NCBI GenBank assembly: GCA_963827565.1
Contig: CAWHBG010000002.1
Span: 54,994-118,993 of the forward strand
DNA length: 64,000 nt
Source of the DNA: Candidatus Aminicenantes bacterium
Lineage (GTDB): Bacteria > Acidobacteriota > Aminicenantia > UBA2199
Direction: 5' to 3'
Part shown: positions 19,290-30,219 of the stretch, one piece after another
Numbering within the stretch: position 1 is the first letter of the stretch
How the letters are laid out: each line of letters opens with the position of its first letter
Position numbers and translations under genes: made by a program
The notes under the pieces: model-generated
The model's input: the letters and a program-made list of their open reading frames with translations, nothing else
Database searches by the model: none
Told to the model about the DNA's origin: nothing

Positions 19290-20762
19290 ATGAGTAATAT
19301 AAAAAAAATGATGGAAATCTTATTAAAAGCGGAATGTGATTCTTTAATTATTAAGCCTGATGAACATCTTGTAGTAAAAAAGGGAGTGAACAAAAGTACT
19401 CCATTCAAAAAAGTATTTACCTCTGATGATGTAGAACTCATTTCAAGGGAATACAAAGATATATTTAAGAGACAGGAGATGGTTTCTTACAATGGAATAA
19501 ATTTTTTAATAAAAGAATCAAATGAAGGATTTGAACTGATAAATCTCGGTCAGTCAGCAGTCGAAAAAGATGGATTCTCCGCAACTGATGGAGAAACACA
19601 AATCATTAATAGAGGTGTGGAGAAGGATGATGAAAAAGCACTAACTATATCAATTGATGAACTTTTGTTACTGATGAAGAAGAGAGGCGCATCGGATCTT
19701 CATGTTTCCACCGGATGCAGTCCTTTTCTCAGGGTTGACGGAGATATTGAAGTAGTAGAAAATCATCCGGAAATGCTTCAGGACTGTCTGATGAACGAGC
19801 TGAATCGAATAATGCCGGAAATAAATAAAAATGAATTTGAAATTTCAAATGATACTGATTTTGCTTATGAGCTGAAAGGCGTTGGAAGATTCAGAACAAA
19901 TATTTTTAAGGATATCAATGGAGTGGGGGCTGTTTTCAGGATGATCCCGAGTGAGATCCTCACCGTCGATCAACTCAATATACCAGAAGCATTTGTGAAA
20001 TTATGTGATGTTCCGAAGGGGTTAATTCTGGTTACCGGCCCTACCGGAAGCGGAAAATCCACCACTCTTGCGGCTCTGATAGATCATATCAATAAGACAG
20101 GGAAAAAGCATATTATTACAATAGAAGACCCGATAGAGTTTGTTTATAAGAATAGCAAATCATTAATTAATCAGAGAGAGATATCTACTCATACCAGATC
20201 GTTTAAATCTGCATTAAGAGCAGCTCTGCGTGAAGATCCGGACATAATACTTGTCGGAGAGATGAGAGATCTTGAAACTATTTCAATTGCGATAGAAATG
20301 GCAGTAACAGGGCATCTGGTTTTCGGAACTCTTCATACTTCTACTGCTATTGCAACAATTGATAGAATAATTGATCAATTTCCTTCAGACCAGCAATCTC
20401 AGATCCGCGCGATGCTTACCGATACGTTAACCGGTGTATGTTCCCAGACACTTTTAAAAAAGAAAGGCGGCGGCAGGGTAGGGGCATTTGAAATTCTGCT
20501 TGGAACTATTGGAGTCAGGAATCTGATAAGAGAAGGTAAAAATTTTCAGATAGGCACAATGATGCAGACAGGAAAAGGTATAGGTATGCAGGTTCTGAAT
20601 TCTGCACTGCTCGATCTTGTCAAACAGGAGATTATAGAGCCTGAAGAAGCTCTCTTAAAAGCTATTGATAAAGAAAACCTGAAGAGTCAACTGAGAGTTC
20701 ACGGACTATTAGAAGAAGTCTCTGATAATGAAATTGATTCTATAAATAAAAATATTGCTTAA
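19290..20762 (+). CDS. PilT-family AAA+ ATPase (type II/IV secretion NTPase) with an extra N-terminal domain of about 115 aa
   Basis: From aa 118 on it looks like PilT: ASDLHVSTGCSPFLRVDG, Walker [22 protein letters not shown], and REDPDIILVGEMRDLET. The first 115 aa have no PilT counterpart. Confidence 0.75.
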   Translation: MSNIKKMMEILLKAECDSLIIKPDEHLVVKKGVNKSTPFKKVFTSDDVELISREYKDIFKRQEMVSYNGINFLIKESNEGFELINLGQSAVEKDGFSATDGETQIINRGVEKDDEKALTISIDELLLLMKKRGASDLHVSTGCSPFLRVDGDIEVVENHPEMLQDCLMNELNRIMPEINKNEFEISNDTDFAYELKGVGRFRTNIFKDINGVGAVFRMIPSEILTVDQLNIPEAFVKLCDVPKGLILVTGPTGSGKSTTLAALIDHINKTGKKHIITIEDPIEFVYKNSKSLINQREISTHTRSFKSALRAALREDPDIILVGEMRDLETISIAIEMAVTGHLVFGTLHTSTAIATIDRIIDQFPSDQQSQIRAMLTDTLTGVCSQTLLKKKGGGRVGAFEILLGTIGVRNLIREGKNFQIGTMMQTGKGIGMQVLNSALLDLVKQEIIEPEEALLKAIDKENLKSQLRVHGLLEEVSDNEIDSINKNIA

Positions 20763-20776
20763 ATAAAGGGGATAAA

Positions 20777-20959
20777 ATGGAAACAGATGAAAAGAAAATA
20801 AATGATATTTCGGAGCTGGATATTACAGAAAAAAGTATTGAAAGGATCAGAAATATAAATTCTGAATTTGATACTCTGAAAAGGATATTTTTTCAGCAGA
20901 CACGAAAGCTTGAAGAAGTCATAGAGAACATTAATTCAGACATAGAGAGGTCGATATGA
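20777..20959 (+). CDS. Small coiled-coil protein (60 aa), translationally coupled to the hybrid kinase
   Basis: The ORF overlaps the kinase start by 4 nt. It has a heptad-like charged sequence. No homology is recognised. Confidence 0.35.
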   Translation: METDEKKINDISELDITEKSIERIRNINSEFDTLKRIFFQQTRKLEEVIENINSDIERSI

Positions 20960-23900
20960 AAGAATCAGGGAATCTTGGTAACAGTTGCAAACATAATAAC
21001 AGTACAAAATTACAATATCTGGAGGGGTTATTTAAAAACATTCCGGAAGCCATTGTGATGGCAGATTCCGAATCAACCATTTTTTGTGTCAATGAGAAAT
21101 TCTGCAATATGTTTGAATACGAGGAAAGCAATCTGATCGGGCAGAAACTATATGATGTAGTGGTCAAAGAATCCCAAAAAAATGAATCCATTAAACTGAT
21201 AAATAAGGTATTAAAGGGCAAACAAATAGAGGAAGAGCTTTCCAGGGTAAAGAAGGATGGAAGTGTATTTGAGGTTTCTCTGACCGGAATACCCATAAAA
21301 AAAGACGGGGAGATTAAAGCGATTTGCGGTATATACAGGGATATTACTGAAAAGAAAAAGGCTGAAAGGATAAATGAAATATTGTTCAATATATCAATGG
21401 CGGCAAATCAAACCCCGTCAGTTGAAAGCCTTCTTGCGGTTATACATGAAGAGATCAGTAAACTTATGGAGGCAAAAAACTTTTATGTAGCCCTCGCAAT
21501 TGAAAATAAGGAGGGATTTTTCAGGCTTCCCTATCTTGTTGATGAGAAAGATGAAAACCTTGTTTCACCGGACAAGATATTGGATCTTACCAAAGGTCTG
21601 ACCCATCATGTCACAAAATATGGTGAACCGTTACTCCTTAACAGGTTCAATGAGGATGAGTTCTATCAAAAGAATGGATATATGCAAATAGGGAGCGAAT
21701 CTGAGTCATGGCTAGGAGTGCCTTTAAAAAATGAGAAAACAGTCGTGATCGGTGTCCTGGCAGTTCAAAGTTATTCTGATCCGAATGCTTATTCTGATAT
21801 GGATCTTAAGGTCCTATCCACGATCTCTGAGACAATCACATCAGTTATAACTCAAAAAAAGACCGAGCAGATGGTAAAAAGGAGTGAAGAGAAATTCAAA
21901 TTGATGTTCGATTCAATGCCGGATTCGATATTTCTGACCAGGCTGGGCGGGGAGAGAGCCGGAGAGATCATCGACTGCAATACGACTTCGGAGCGGGATA
22001 CCGGATATACAAGAGAGGAACTTCTCGACATGAATGTAATAAAAGACCTGGCAGTTGAAGATTCGGTCATAGATATGAAAACCCGGGAAAAAGAACTTGA
22101 AACCGAAGACGTGACAAGGTTCATTGAGAAGAAGAGACAGAAAGACGGAAAAGAATACTGGGCGGAAGTGATGGTCAGAAAAATGGAACTTGATGATGAG
22201 AAGATCACAATTTCGGTCAATCGAGATATAACGGAAAGGGTAGAAGCACGGCAAAAATTGGATTCAAACATGGACCTGCTGAATTCTGTCCTTGAATCAA
22301 CTGATAACGGGATCCTTGTACTAGATAATGAAGCAAATATTATACAATATAATAATAAATTCAGGGAATTGTGGGAAGCCCCAGAAGATATGAGTGATTT
22401 GACAAATTATAGGCAGCTGCTGAGGTTCGGCCTTGCAAAGCTGGAAGAACCGGAGAAATTTCTTAAAAAGGTAAAGGAATTATACGGGACTGATAAATGT
22501 GGTACGGATATTCTGAAATTTAAAAATGGAAGAGTATTGTCGAGGTATTCAAGTCCCCTTAAACAGATCGGGAAAGTGACCGGAAGGATTTGGAGCTTTG
22601 TAGATATTACTGAATCCAGAAAAAACGAGATGAGGATCTTTGAAGAGAAGACCAAGTTATCAGCAATGATCGAAGGCATGGATGAGGGTGTTGTATTTGC
22701 GGATGAGCATGATGTTATTATTGAAATAAATAAATATTTTCTTAATTTGCTCGGTTTGAATAAAGTAGATATTATTGGAAAGAAAATAGTGGAATTTCAT
22801 GGCGGCATGATCCTTGATAATATCAGAGAGCATCTGGAGAGATTCCGTTCCCAAGAGATGTCCCCACCGGTAAAAATACAGAGAGCACTTTTTAACAGAG
22901 AGATGATCTTCAAACTGCAGCCCATTTATATTGATAACAAATATCAGGGAGTGATATTTAATATAATCGATGTGTCAGAATTAGTAAATGCAAAAAAGGA
23001 TGCTCAATCGGCCAGTAAGGCAAAAAGTGAATTTCTGGCTAATATGAGTCATGAGATCAGGACACCGATGAACGGAATCATTGGAATGACAGAACTTGCA
23101 CTATCGACGAACCTTGACCAGGAACAAAGGGAGTATCTGGAAACGGTAATTGATTCCTCAAAAACACTGCTGCATATTATTAATGATATTCTCGACATTT
23201 CAAAAGCTGAATCGGGGAAAATTGAGCTTGAATCAGTTGATTTTACATTGGACAGCCTCTTGAAGGAAGCTGTAAGCTCTATTGTCCTGAATGCTCACAA
23301 GAAAGGCCTTGAAATTGTATATGATATTCCACCTGAAATTCCCCGCAATCTTGTAGGAGATCCGGGACGACTGCGTCAGGTCATACTGAACCTTTTTAGT
23401 AATGCCGTGAAATTCACGGAAAAAGGGGAGATCGTTCTGAGGGTAAAGATGTTATCCTCATCTACAGAGGATACTGAACTTCAATTTACTGTAAAGGATA
23501 CCGGGATCGGGATACCGAAAGATAAACGGGACAAGGTTTTTAAAGCATTTGCTCAGGCTGACGGATCCACTACAAGGAAGTATGGAGGAACCGGATTAGG
23601 CCTGGCAATAACAAAGTATTTCATTGAACTGATGGGGGGGAAGATCTGGATCGATGAGAAAGAGAGAAAGGGATCCAAATTCCATTTTACTGCAAAATTC
23701 GGTCTGAATCCGGCGAATATGAAGTCAGACTTTGCCAATCCCGGGGAAGTGGAAGGGATGGAGGTGCTGGTTGTGGATGATAATGAGACCAACCGAAAGA
23801 TACTCGGGAAATCATTGGTGAAAATCAAAATGGTCCCGACCATTGCGTCATCCGGAAAAGAGGCGTTGAGGATAATTGAAGAACGGCAAAAAAAACATCA

Positions 23901-24597
23901 CCTTTTCGAAATGATATTTGTTGATTCGCAGATGCCGGAAATGGACGGATTTTCACTGATAAAGAAGATTAATGAGATATACGAAGGGCATAATTCATTG
24001 GTTATGATGCTTACTTCCTCCGACAGGAACAATGATCTTAAAAAATGTAAAGAACTTGATATCAATGCATACCTGGTAAAACCTATTTCCAACCAGGATC
24101 TTTATAATGCAATACTTCTTCTGTTGGGGGGTCAAAAAGAACAGGGTGACAAACCCTTAAAGGAAACGATCACCCAGAACAAACTTATGAAGAGGGCGAT
24201 GGACAAATATGTACTTTTAGCTGAAGACAACAAAGTGAACCAGAAAGTAGCAGCCACTTTCCTCAGAAAACTAGGATATGAAGTGAAAATTGCAGAAAAC
24301 GGAATCGAGGCTCTTGAATTCTATTCAGCTGAACGTTTTGATTTTATATTGATGGATGTACAGATGCCTGAAATGGACGGTATTAAAGCAACCGAAGAGA
24401 TCCGGCGGATTGAGAGTAAGAGAGGAGAGGAGTCGCCGATACCGATCATTGCCATGACTGCCCATGCGATGAAGGGGGATAAGGAGAGGTGCCTTGCTGC
24501 AGGAATGGACAATTATATTTCAAAACCGATCGACATGGAAATGTTGAACCTGATGATTCAACGGGTGTTAAAAGAGAGGCTGCCCTTCACTGCCTGA
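20956..24597 (+). CDS. Cytoplasmic hybrid sensor histidine kinase (PAS-GAF-PAS-PAS-HisKA-HATPase_c-REC-REC)
   Basis: 1213 aa with no TM segment. H-box [19 protein letters not shown]-boxes [10 protein letters not shown] and [11 protein letters not shown]. Two receivers: [12 protein letters not shown]...DSQMPEMDG and [12 protein letters not shown]...DVQMPEMDG. Confidence 0.85.
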   Translation: MKESGNLGNSCKHNNSTKLQYLEGLFKNIPEAIVMADSESTIFCVNEKFCNMFEYEESNLIGQKLYDVVVKESQKNESIKLINKVLKGKQIEEELSRVKKDGSVFEVSLTGIPIKKDGEIKAICGIYRDITEKKKAERINEILFNISMAANQTPSVESLLAVIHEEISKLMEAKNFYVALAIENKEGFFRLPYLVDEKDENLVSPDKILDLTKGLTHHVTKYGEPLLLNRFNEDEFYQKNGYMQIGSESESWLGVPLKNEKTVVIGVLAVQSYSDPNAYSDMDLKVLSTISETITSVITQKKTEQMVKRSEEKFKLMFDSMPDSIFLTRLGGERAGEIIDCNTTSERDTGYTREELLDMNVIKDLAVEDSVIDMKTREKELETEDVTRFIEKKRQKDGKEYWAEVMVRKMELDDEKITISVNRDITERVEARQKLDSNMDLLNSVLESTDNGILVLDNEANIIQYNNKFRELWEAPEDMSDLTNYRQLLRFGLAKLEEPEKFLKKVKELYGTDKCGTDILKFKNGRVLSRYSSPLKQIGKVTGRIWSFVDITESRKNEMRIFEEKTKLSAMIEGMDEGVVFADEHDVIIEINKYFLNLLGLNKVDIIGKKIVEFHGGMILDNIREHLERFRSQEMSPPVKIQRALFNREMIFKLQPIYIDNKYQGVIFNIIDVSELVNAKKDAQSASKAKSEFLANMSHEIRTPMNGIIGMTELALSTNLDQEQREYLETVIDSSKTLLHIINDILDISKAESGKIELESVDFTLDSLLKEAVSSIVLNAHKKGLEIVYDIPPEIPRNLVGDPGRLRQVILNLFSNAVKFTEKGEIVLRVKMLSSSTEDTELQFTVKDTGIGIPKDKRDKVFKAFAQADGSTTRKYGGTGLGLAITKYFIELMGGKIWIDEKERKGSKFHFTAKFGLNPANMKSDFANPGEVEGMEVLVVDDNETNRKILGKSLVKIKMVPTIASSGKEALRIIEERQKKHHLFEMIFVDSQMPEMDGFSLIKKINEIYEGHNSLVMMLTSSDRNNDLKKCKELDINAYLVKPISNQDLYNAILLLLGGQKEQGDKPLKETITQNKLMKRAMDKYVLLAEDNKVNQKVAATFLRKLGYEVKIAENGIEALEFYSAERFDFILMDVQMPEMDGIKATEEIRRIESKRGEESPIPIIAMTAHAMKGDKERCLAAGMDNYISKPIDMEMLNLMIQRVLKERLPFTA

Positions 24598-24608
24598 ATG
24601 AGAAAATT

Positions 24609-25586
24609 ATGATCAATATACTGATTGCTGAAGACGATAAAGTTATAAGGAGAATAATAGAGAAAACAACGAATTCTCTTGAATATAATGTGTTTGTCGT
24701 AAAAAACGGTAATGAAGCACTGGATGTATTAAAGAAAGAGGAGATCCATATCGCGATCCTGGACTGGATGCTTCCCGGTGTAGAGGGGATTGATCTATGC
24801 CGGATGATCAGATCAAGAGTAGAAAGTAACTATACATACATTATCCTCCTCACTTCCAAAGTTCATCAGGATGATCTTATTGAAGGATTCTCGGCCGGAG
24901 CGGATGATTATATAAGAAAGCCGTTTAACTCGCATGAGCTGGAGGCAAGGATCAAGACAGGGAAAAGGATCATAGATCTTCAGAATCAACTACTGGTCAC
25001 TCAGGAGCAATTGCGGCAGCAGGCGACTCATGATGGCCTGACGGGTTTATTGAACAGGAACTCAATTATGGAAATTCTGGAGAGGGAGTTTGAACGGGCC
25101 AAGCGTGGTGGATCTCCCCTCGGGCTGATCATGGCGGATATCGACCACTTCAAAAAGATCAATGATACATACGGGCACCAGACAGGAGATTTTGTTCTTG
25201 AAAAAGTTGCATTACTTTTAAAAAAATGTGTAAGAAATTATGACAGAGTCGGCAGGTACGGTGGAGAAGAATTTATAATCCTTATGCCGGATTGCACTGA
25301 TAAAAAATCTGAAATGATCGCAGAAAGGTTGAGAAAGAAGATCGCTTCAGAAGTGTATGAATTTAACGGGCAATCTCTGAATGTAACCATCAGTTTGGGG
25401 ATTGCTGTCACCACCAGTAATGAGATCCATTCTCCGGAAATGATGATCCATCTTTCAGACAATGCCCTTTATAAAGCAAAAAAGGATGGACGGAACCGGT
25501 GGATCTCAGCTGATGGCCTTAAGCAGGCGATGGAAAGCACGGGAAAAGGTAAAAGGACAGATAACAACTCAAAACAATTATACTGA
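24609..25586 (+). CDS. Response regulator with a GGDEF output (diguanylate cyclase, PleD/WspR-like)
   Basis: The receiver contains MINILIAEDDKV and ILDWMLPGVEG. The GGDEF domain has RYGGEEF and an RxxD-like upstream region. The start is taken at the ATG at 24609, inside the listed ORF 24489-25586. Confidence 0.8.
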   Translation: MINILIAEDDKVIRRIIEKTTNSLEYNVFVVKNGNEALDVLKKEEIHIAILDWMLPGVEGIDLCRMIRSRVESNYTYIILLTSKVHQDDLIEGFSAGADDYIRKPFNSHELEARIKTGKRIIDLQNQLLVTQEQLRQQATHDGLTGLLNRNSIMEILEREFERAKRGGSPLGLIMADIDHFKKINDTYGHQTGDFVLEKVALLLKKCVRNYDRVGRYGGEEFIILMPDCTDKKSEMIAERLRKKIASEVYEFNGQSLNVTISLGIAVTTSNEIHSPEMMIHLSDNALYKAKKDGRNRWISADGLKQAMESTGKGKRTDNNSKQLY

Positions 25587-25716
25587 TCACTATTCTCCCC
25601 TGAATACAAAACGGCTAAAATTGTAAACAGATGTCGCAACCTTTCAGGCAGTCAGTATAAATACCGAACATCATAAAATCATCTGGTATAGGCCGTTAAC
25701 AAAGTTTTTCTAAAAT

Positions 25717-25732
25717 TGGAACACCTGTTGCT
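25717..25732 (+). promoter_or_regulatory. Candidate sigma-54 (-24/-12) promoter upstream of the Hpt gene
   Basis: TGGAACacctgTTGCT with 10-nt GG-to-GC spacing. It lies about 60 nt upstream of the ATG at 25795, which has a GGAGG RBS. Confidence 0.4.
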
Positions 25733-25794
25733 TTAATAATTTGATGAGAATTGAAAATACACATGATCCGAAGCAGGATCATCTGGAGGTAAAA

Positions 25795-26166
25795 ATGGAA
25801 AAGAGTATGGTATTACTAAAGAGTACCTCGATCAATTATAATGAGGCTTTGAATCGAATGGGCGGAGATGAAATATTCCTTTTCGAGTTGTTTGATGATT
25901 TTATCAGTGAATTCGGGAAATACTATCGAACTCTTGTAAACGGGGTTCTCCAAAATGATTACGAAGTCATAACAGTGACAGGGCATACTTTGAAGGGATC
26001 GTCAGCGATGTTAAGTTTGAAAAGAATGAATCAATTGTCGGCCCAACTTGAGATCGCAGGAAATTCGGAGAATATGAAAAAGATAAAAATTCTGGTCAAA
26101 CAGATCGGGAATGAATTTTCAAGTCTTGAAACTCTTTTCTCAAAATCACAAATGAGTTCAAACTAA
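25795..26166 (+). CDS. Histidine phosphotransfer (Hpt) domain protein
   Basis: Hpt signature VTGHTLKGSSAMLSLKRM, with the phospho-accepting His in an HxLKGS context. About 123 aa. Confidence 0.7.
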   Translation: MEKSMVLLKSTSINYNEALNRMGGDEIFLFELFDDFISEFGKYYRTLVNGVLQNDYEVITVTGHTLKGSSAMLSLKRMNQLSAQLEIAGNSENMKKIKILVKQIGNEFSSLETLFSKSQMSSN

Positions 26167-26173
26167 AGATTCA

Positions 26174-26554
26174 TTATTTAAATCCGTCAAGGTTGACTGA
26201 ATGTAGCACTTTTACCAGATCATTGAATCCAAAAGGTTTTTCTATGAACCCATCATAGTCGCAATCCAGTTCTTTCTGCATGGTATCACTTAGTTTATAA
26301 AGACTGGACATTAATATAACCTTTGTGGAAGAGAGTTCAGCGCTGTTTTTTATTATATTGCATATCTCAATTCCATGGATGCCCGGAATAAGCATGTCTG
26401 TTATCACCAGGTCCGGTTTTACTATTTCTATGAGTTCCATCCCGGCAGATCCCTGATCCGCCACAGAAACTGAAAAATCGAGGTCAAGTAAATATTTTTC
26501 AAGGGTTTTCCTGATTATTTTATCATCGTCGATCAGCACTACTTTCAAAGACAT
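26174..26554 (-). CDS. Single-domain response regulator (CheY-like)
   Basis: MSLKVVLIDDDKIIRK...DLVITDMLIPGIHG...SSTKVILMSS. Confidence 0.75.
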   Translation of the reverse strand: MSLKVVLIDDDKIIRKTLEKYLLDLDFSVSVADQGSAGMELIEIVKPDLVITDMLIPGIHGIEICNIIKNSAELSSTKVILMSSLYKLSDTMQKELDCDYDGFIEKPFGFNDLVKVLHSVNLDGFK

Positions 26555-27093
26555 TTACTATCCTTTATTGTTAAGTAAATATTAACATTAAAATTAATAT
26601 TACATTAACAAAATTATTTATGCAATTCAGTGTATAAGGTTTTATACCTATCACTCTCCAATTGCATAAAATTGACTCCTTTTTTTTATTATGATATTAT
26701 ATTTAATAGAATTGACAAAACAAGAGATGGAATGAGAAAACTTATTTCATAAATATTCTGTATATTCTTCATTTCAATTTTCCTTCGGGAAAGTCCTTTT
26801 AATTGAAAAAGAAGCTCTTTCCACCCAGTTTTCAATTAATCAAAAGGGATTTTACAAAATGATTGTTGCATATGTCTCTAATTTGAGACAGGATGTTTAT
26901 CATGCTATGTATTGCAGAGAATTGAGATGGAATCACAGTTTACACTGAATATCCGGCAAATTTATGTTTGTCAGGTGATATGTTTCCAATCACTTTTCTT
27001 TTAAACAATGCAGGGCCTCTGATCAGCAATTCATTAAACAATTGGGGCTGCCAGTTTACCGGTGGCATTTTCTATAATGTTAAGGAGAACAAA

Positions 27094-28173
27094 ATGAAGG
27101 AAAAAGCGCTGGTATACAGCGAAGGCCAATTAGGTCAATTGGATGGAAAGGTTGCAAACGGGCTGGTTCGACATTCAGAGAAATATAAAATTGTCGGTGT
27201 CATTGACAGCAATAAAGCAGGGATGGATGCCGGTGAATTCCTTGACGGGAAAAAGAATGGAATCCCGGTATTTAGAAATATTGAAGAATCAATCAGTGAA
27301 TTAGATTATACTCCCAGATATTTTATCTACGGGATCGCAGCGTTGGAATCCTATCTTCCGGATAAACAGAGAAATATTATTATCTCTGCAATGGAACATG
27401 GAATGGATATTATAAACGGCCTCCCTGAATTCTTTACTGAAGATGATGAGTTTGTTCAAAAAGCAGTTGAATATGGTGTTGAAATTAATGATATAAGAAA
27501 GCCACCGCCAAGAAAGGGGCTTCACAATTTCAATGGGAGTATTTTTAATATTAAAACGCCAGTAATAACTGTATCCGGGACAGATTGCGCTGTCGGGAAA
27601 AGAACTTCTGCGGTCAAACTTGTCGAAGCTTTGTCCAGGAGAGGCTTAAATGTTGTATTTATTGCAACGGGTCAGACCGGATTAATTCAGGGCGCCAAAT
27701 ACGGGATTGCAGTTGATGTCCTCAGCTCAGGGTTTCAGAATGGTGAAGTTGAAAATGAGATCATGAAGGCCGATGCTGCTGAGAACCCAGATATCATTGT
27801 TGTCGAAGGCCAGGGTGCTCTCAGTCATCCGGCATTTACATCATCAACCGCTATCATGAGAGGAGCGAGGCCGCAGGCGATCATACTCCAGCATCCTCCG
27901 AAGAGAAAGGACCGTTGTGATTTTCCGGGTATCCCCATGCCGACACTTCAAAGCGAAATCGATCTGATCGAAATAATTTCGGGATCCAAGGTCATTGCAA
28001 TCACCTTGAATCATGAAGACATGACAGACAAAGAAATAGATGAGACGGTTAAGGGTTATGAAGAAAAATATGATCTGCCGACGATGGATGTATTGAAGCA
28101 TGGATGTGAAAAAATAGTTAATAGACTTCTTGAGGTTTTCCCGGTTCTCTTAACAATAAAGAAAATAGCATAA
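27094..28173 (+). CDS. DUF1611-family protein (Rossmann-like N-domain plus P-loop-like C-domain); function unknown
   Basis: AAGGAG RBS before the ATG at 27094. The architecture and motifs ALVYSEGQLGQLDGKVANGL...ITVSGTDCAVGKRT recall the DUF1611 family. The assignment is from memory and not searched. Confidence 0.4.
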   Translation: MKEKALVYSEGQLGQLDGKVANGLVRHSEKYKIVGVIDSNKAGMDAGEFLDGKKNGIPVFRNIEESISELDYTPRYFIYGIAALESYLPDKQRNIIISAMEHGMDIINGLPEFFTEDDEFVQKAVEYGVEINDIRKPPPRKGLHNFNGSIFNIKTPVITVSGTDCAVGKRTSAVKLVEALSRRGLNVVFIATGQTGLIQGAKYGIAVDVLSSGFQNGEVENEIMKADAAENPDIIVVEGQGALSHPAFTSSTAIMRGARPQAIILQHPPKRKDRCDFPGIPMPTLQSEIDLIEIISGSKVIAITLNHEDMTDKEIDETVKGYEEKYDLPTMDVLKHGCEKIVNRLLEVFPVLLTIKKIA

Positions 28174-29285
28174 TGGAAACTCCAAGGATCGAGATCGATC
28201 TGAAAAAAATATCTCATAATGCAGGAAAACTTAAGGAATTGTACGGTTCAAAGGGGATCTCTGTTATGGGTGTTACAAAAGTTGTCTGCGGTGATCCGGA
28301 AGTCGCTGAAATTCTGATTAAATCTGGTATAAAAATACTTGCTGATTCACGTATATCGAACATCAAAAGAATGAAAGAAGCAGGAATTAAAGCCAGATTT
28401 GTCCTGTTAAGATCACCGGCAATCAGTCAGGCTGAATCTGCTGTAAAATATGTGGATATCAGTCTGAATTCAGAATTAACAGTAATAGAAGAGCTCTCGA
28501 GAATTGCGTTGCTGAACAATACCATGCATAAAATTATTCTCATGGTGGAATTAGGGGACCTGAGAGAGGGAATTATGCCTGCTGAACTTTTAAATACTGT
28601 GAAGACCGTTAAAGGTTTGAAAGGTGTGATTATTGCCGGAATAGGCAGCAATCTGGCCTGCTTCGGAGGTGTTGCGCCTGATGAAGAGAAAATGGGGGTT
28701 TTATCTACTCTGGCCAGTGAAATTGAGGATGAATTTGATCTTAAACTGGAATTTGTTTCGGGAGGAAACTCTGCGAATTATTTATGGTTTATTTCCTCAA
28801 AAAATGTTGGAAGAATAAATAATTTAAGGATAGGGGAGTCGATATTTATGGGATGTGAAACGCTGGACCGTATGCCGATCCCTCTATTATTCACAGATGC
28901 ATTCAAATTTATTGCAGAGGTCATTGAGGTTGCTGATAAGCCGTCAAAACCCTATGGAACGATCAATCAGGATGCATTCGGAAATACCCCTGAATTTTCT
29001 GACAATGGAAAAATGAGAAGAGCTGTTTTAAATGCCGGATTACAGGATATCACTTTTTCAGACCTGGAACCTGTTATCAATATCAATGTTCTGGGAGGAA
29101 GCAGTGATCACATGATCGTTGAGGATGTTAACCGGGTGTTGAAGGCTGGTGATGAAGTTGAGTTCAATTTAAACTATGCGGCGCTTCTAAGGGCAATGAC
29201 CTCACCATTTGTAATAAAAAACTATTACCATCTTGAAGCGGAACAAGTTCTCGATACTTATCAACCCCATGTTGTGAATCCGTAA
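28173..29285 (+). CDS. PLP-dependent alanine-racemase-fold protein (predicted amino-acid racemase, YhfX/COG3457-like)
   Basis: The start overlaps the upstream stop (TAATGG). The N-terminal barrel has a candidate PLP-lysine in VMGVTKVVCGD. The length and the C-terminal beta-domain resemble alanine/ornithine racemase. Confidence 0.5.
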   Translation: METPRIEIDLKKISHNAGKLKELYGSKGISVMGVTKVVCGDPEVAEILIKSGIKILADSRISNIKRMKEAGIKARFVLLRSPAISQAESAVKYVDISLNSELTVIEELSRIALLNNTMHKIILMVELGDLREGIMPAELLNTVKTVKGLKGVIIAGIGSNLACFGGVAPDEEKMGVLSTLASEIEDEFDLKLEFVSGGNSANYLWFISSKNVGRINNLRIGESIFMGCETLDRMPIPLLFTDAFKFIAEVIEVADKPSKPYGTINQDAFGNTPEFSDNGKMRRAVLNAGLQDITFSDLEPVININVLGGSSDHMIVEDVNRVLKAGDEVEFNLNYAALLRAMTSPFVIKNYYHLEAEQVLDTYQPHVVNP

Positions 29286-29327
29286 AAAAAGAATTTAGAA
29301 ATAAAATCGGGAATTGAATTTCAGCCT

Positions 29328-30023
29328 TTATTCCTTAATGATACCATAGATCGCATGCTCTCTTTTTTTCTCAACGGCCCATGAAGAATTACCGAAATCA
29401 AAGTGCCAGTACTCCCTCAGATCACATACAAAATCTTCATTTTCAAATAATCCTATCAGCAGCTTCCTGTTTTTTTTTGCCAGGGGTGAAATGTCCGGAT
29501 AATAAGGGTAGCATTTTTTATTGAGTTCTATTTTATATCCACGGTTTGTTCCGAAGTCCAGTATATTGTTTTTTTGCTTATCATATATTAAAGCATCTAC
29601 AGCTCCGCCTGTGGAGTGCATGGATTTTTCCCCCGGTGCAATGAACTTTCTAACCATCTTATTGATCTCTGCGGGTTGTTTATCGGGATGTTTTTTCTGA
29701 AGTAAAATATAGAAATTATCCCACAACAATTGCTGGTGCTGAAAGGATCTCCAGACCGAGCGGATTACCAGTAATTTATTTTCTTTACTTAATTTTTTAC
29801 TGATCCTGCCGATCTTTTCAAAGACTTCTTCCCTTACCATGAATTTGTAATTCTTTTTAACAGAAGGTTCGAATATAAGGTTCTCGGAGGAATCTTTAAG
29901 GCTGACCAACGGTGAGTTATTTTCAATGACCTGAATGGTCTCGATCAGCTCCAGATGAAGAAGTACCTTCTGATCAACCATATCGGAATACTCTTCAGCA
30001 TTCATAATAATCCCATTTATCAA
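29328..30023 (-). CDS. Peptidase M15 family, D-Ala-D-Ala dipeptidase (VanX/DdpX-like)
   Basis: The zinc ligand motifs are SMHSTGGAVD (SxHxxGxAxD) and EYWHFDFG (ExxH). Confidence 0.6.
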   Translation of the reverse strand: MINGIIMNAEEYSDMVDQKVLLHLELIETIQVIENNSPLVSLKDSSENLIFEPSVKKNYKFMVREEVFEKIGRISKKLSKENKLLVIRSVWRSFQHQQLLWDNFYILLQKKHPDKQPAEINKMVRKFIAPGEKSMHSTGGAVDALIYDKQKNNILDFGTNRGYKIELNKKCYPYYPDISPLAKKNRKLLIGLFENEDFVCDLREYWHFDFGNSSWAVEKKREHAIYGIIKE

Positions 30024-30219
30024 TTTTCAATTGTTAAATTCCTGTTCAGAGCGTATCATACTTAATAGAGGAGTCAACCCGAAAGTTACAAATCTGTCAC
30101 AACATTTACAGGTTTGAAGTAAATTTTCACATAAACTTATATTCGGGGCAGGCAGAAAAAGTGAAAAAGCATTAAAATATTCAGTCAATAGCATTCTTTT
30201 TAATATTAAGTAATAATTA

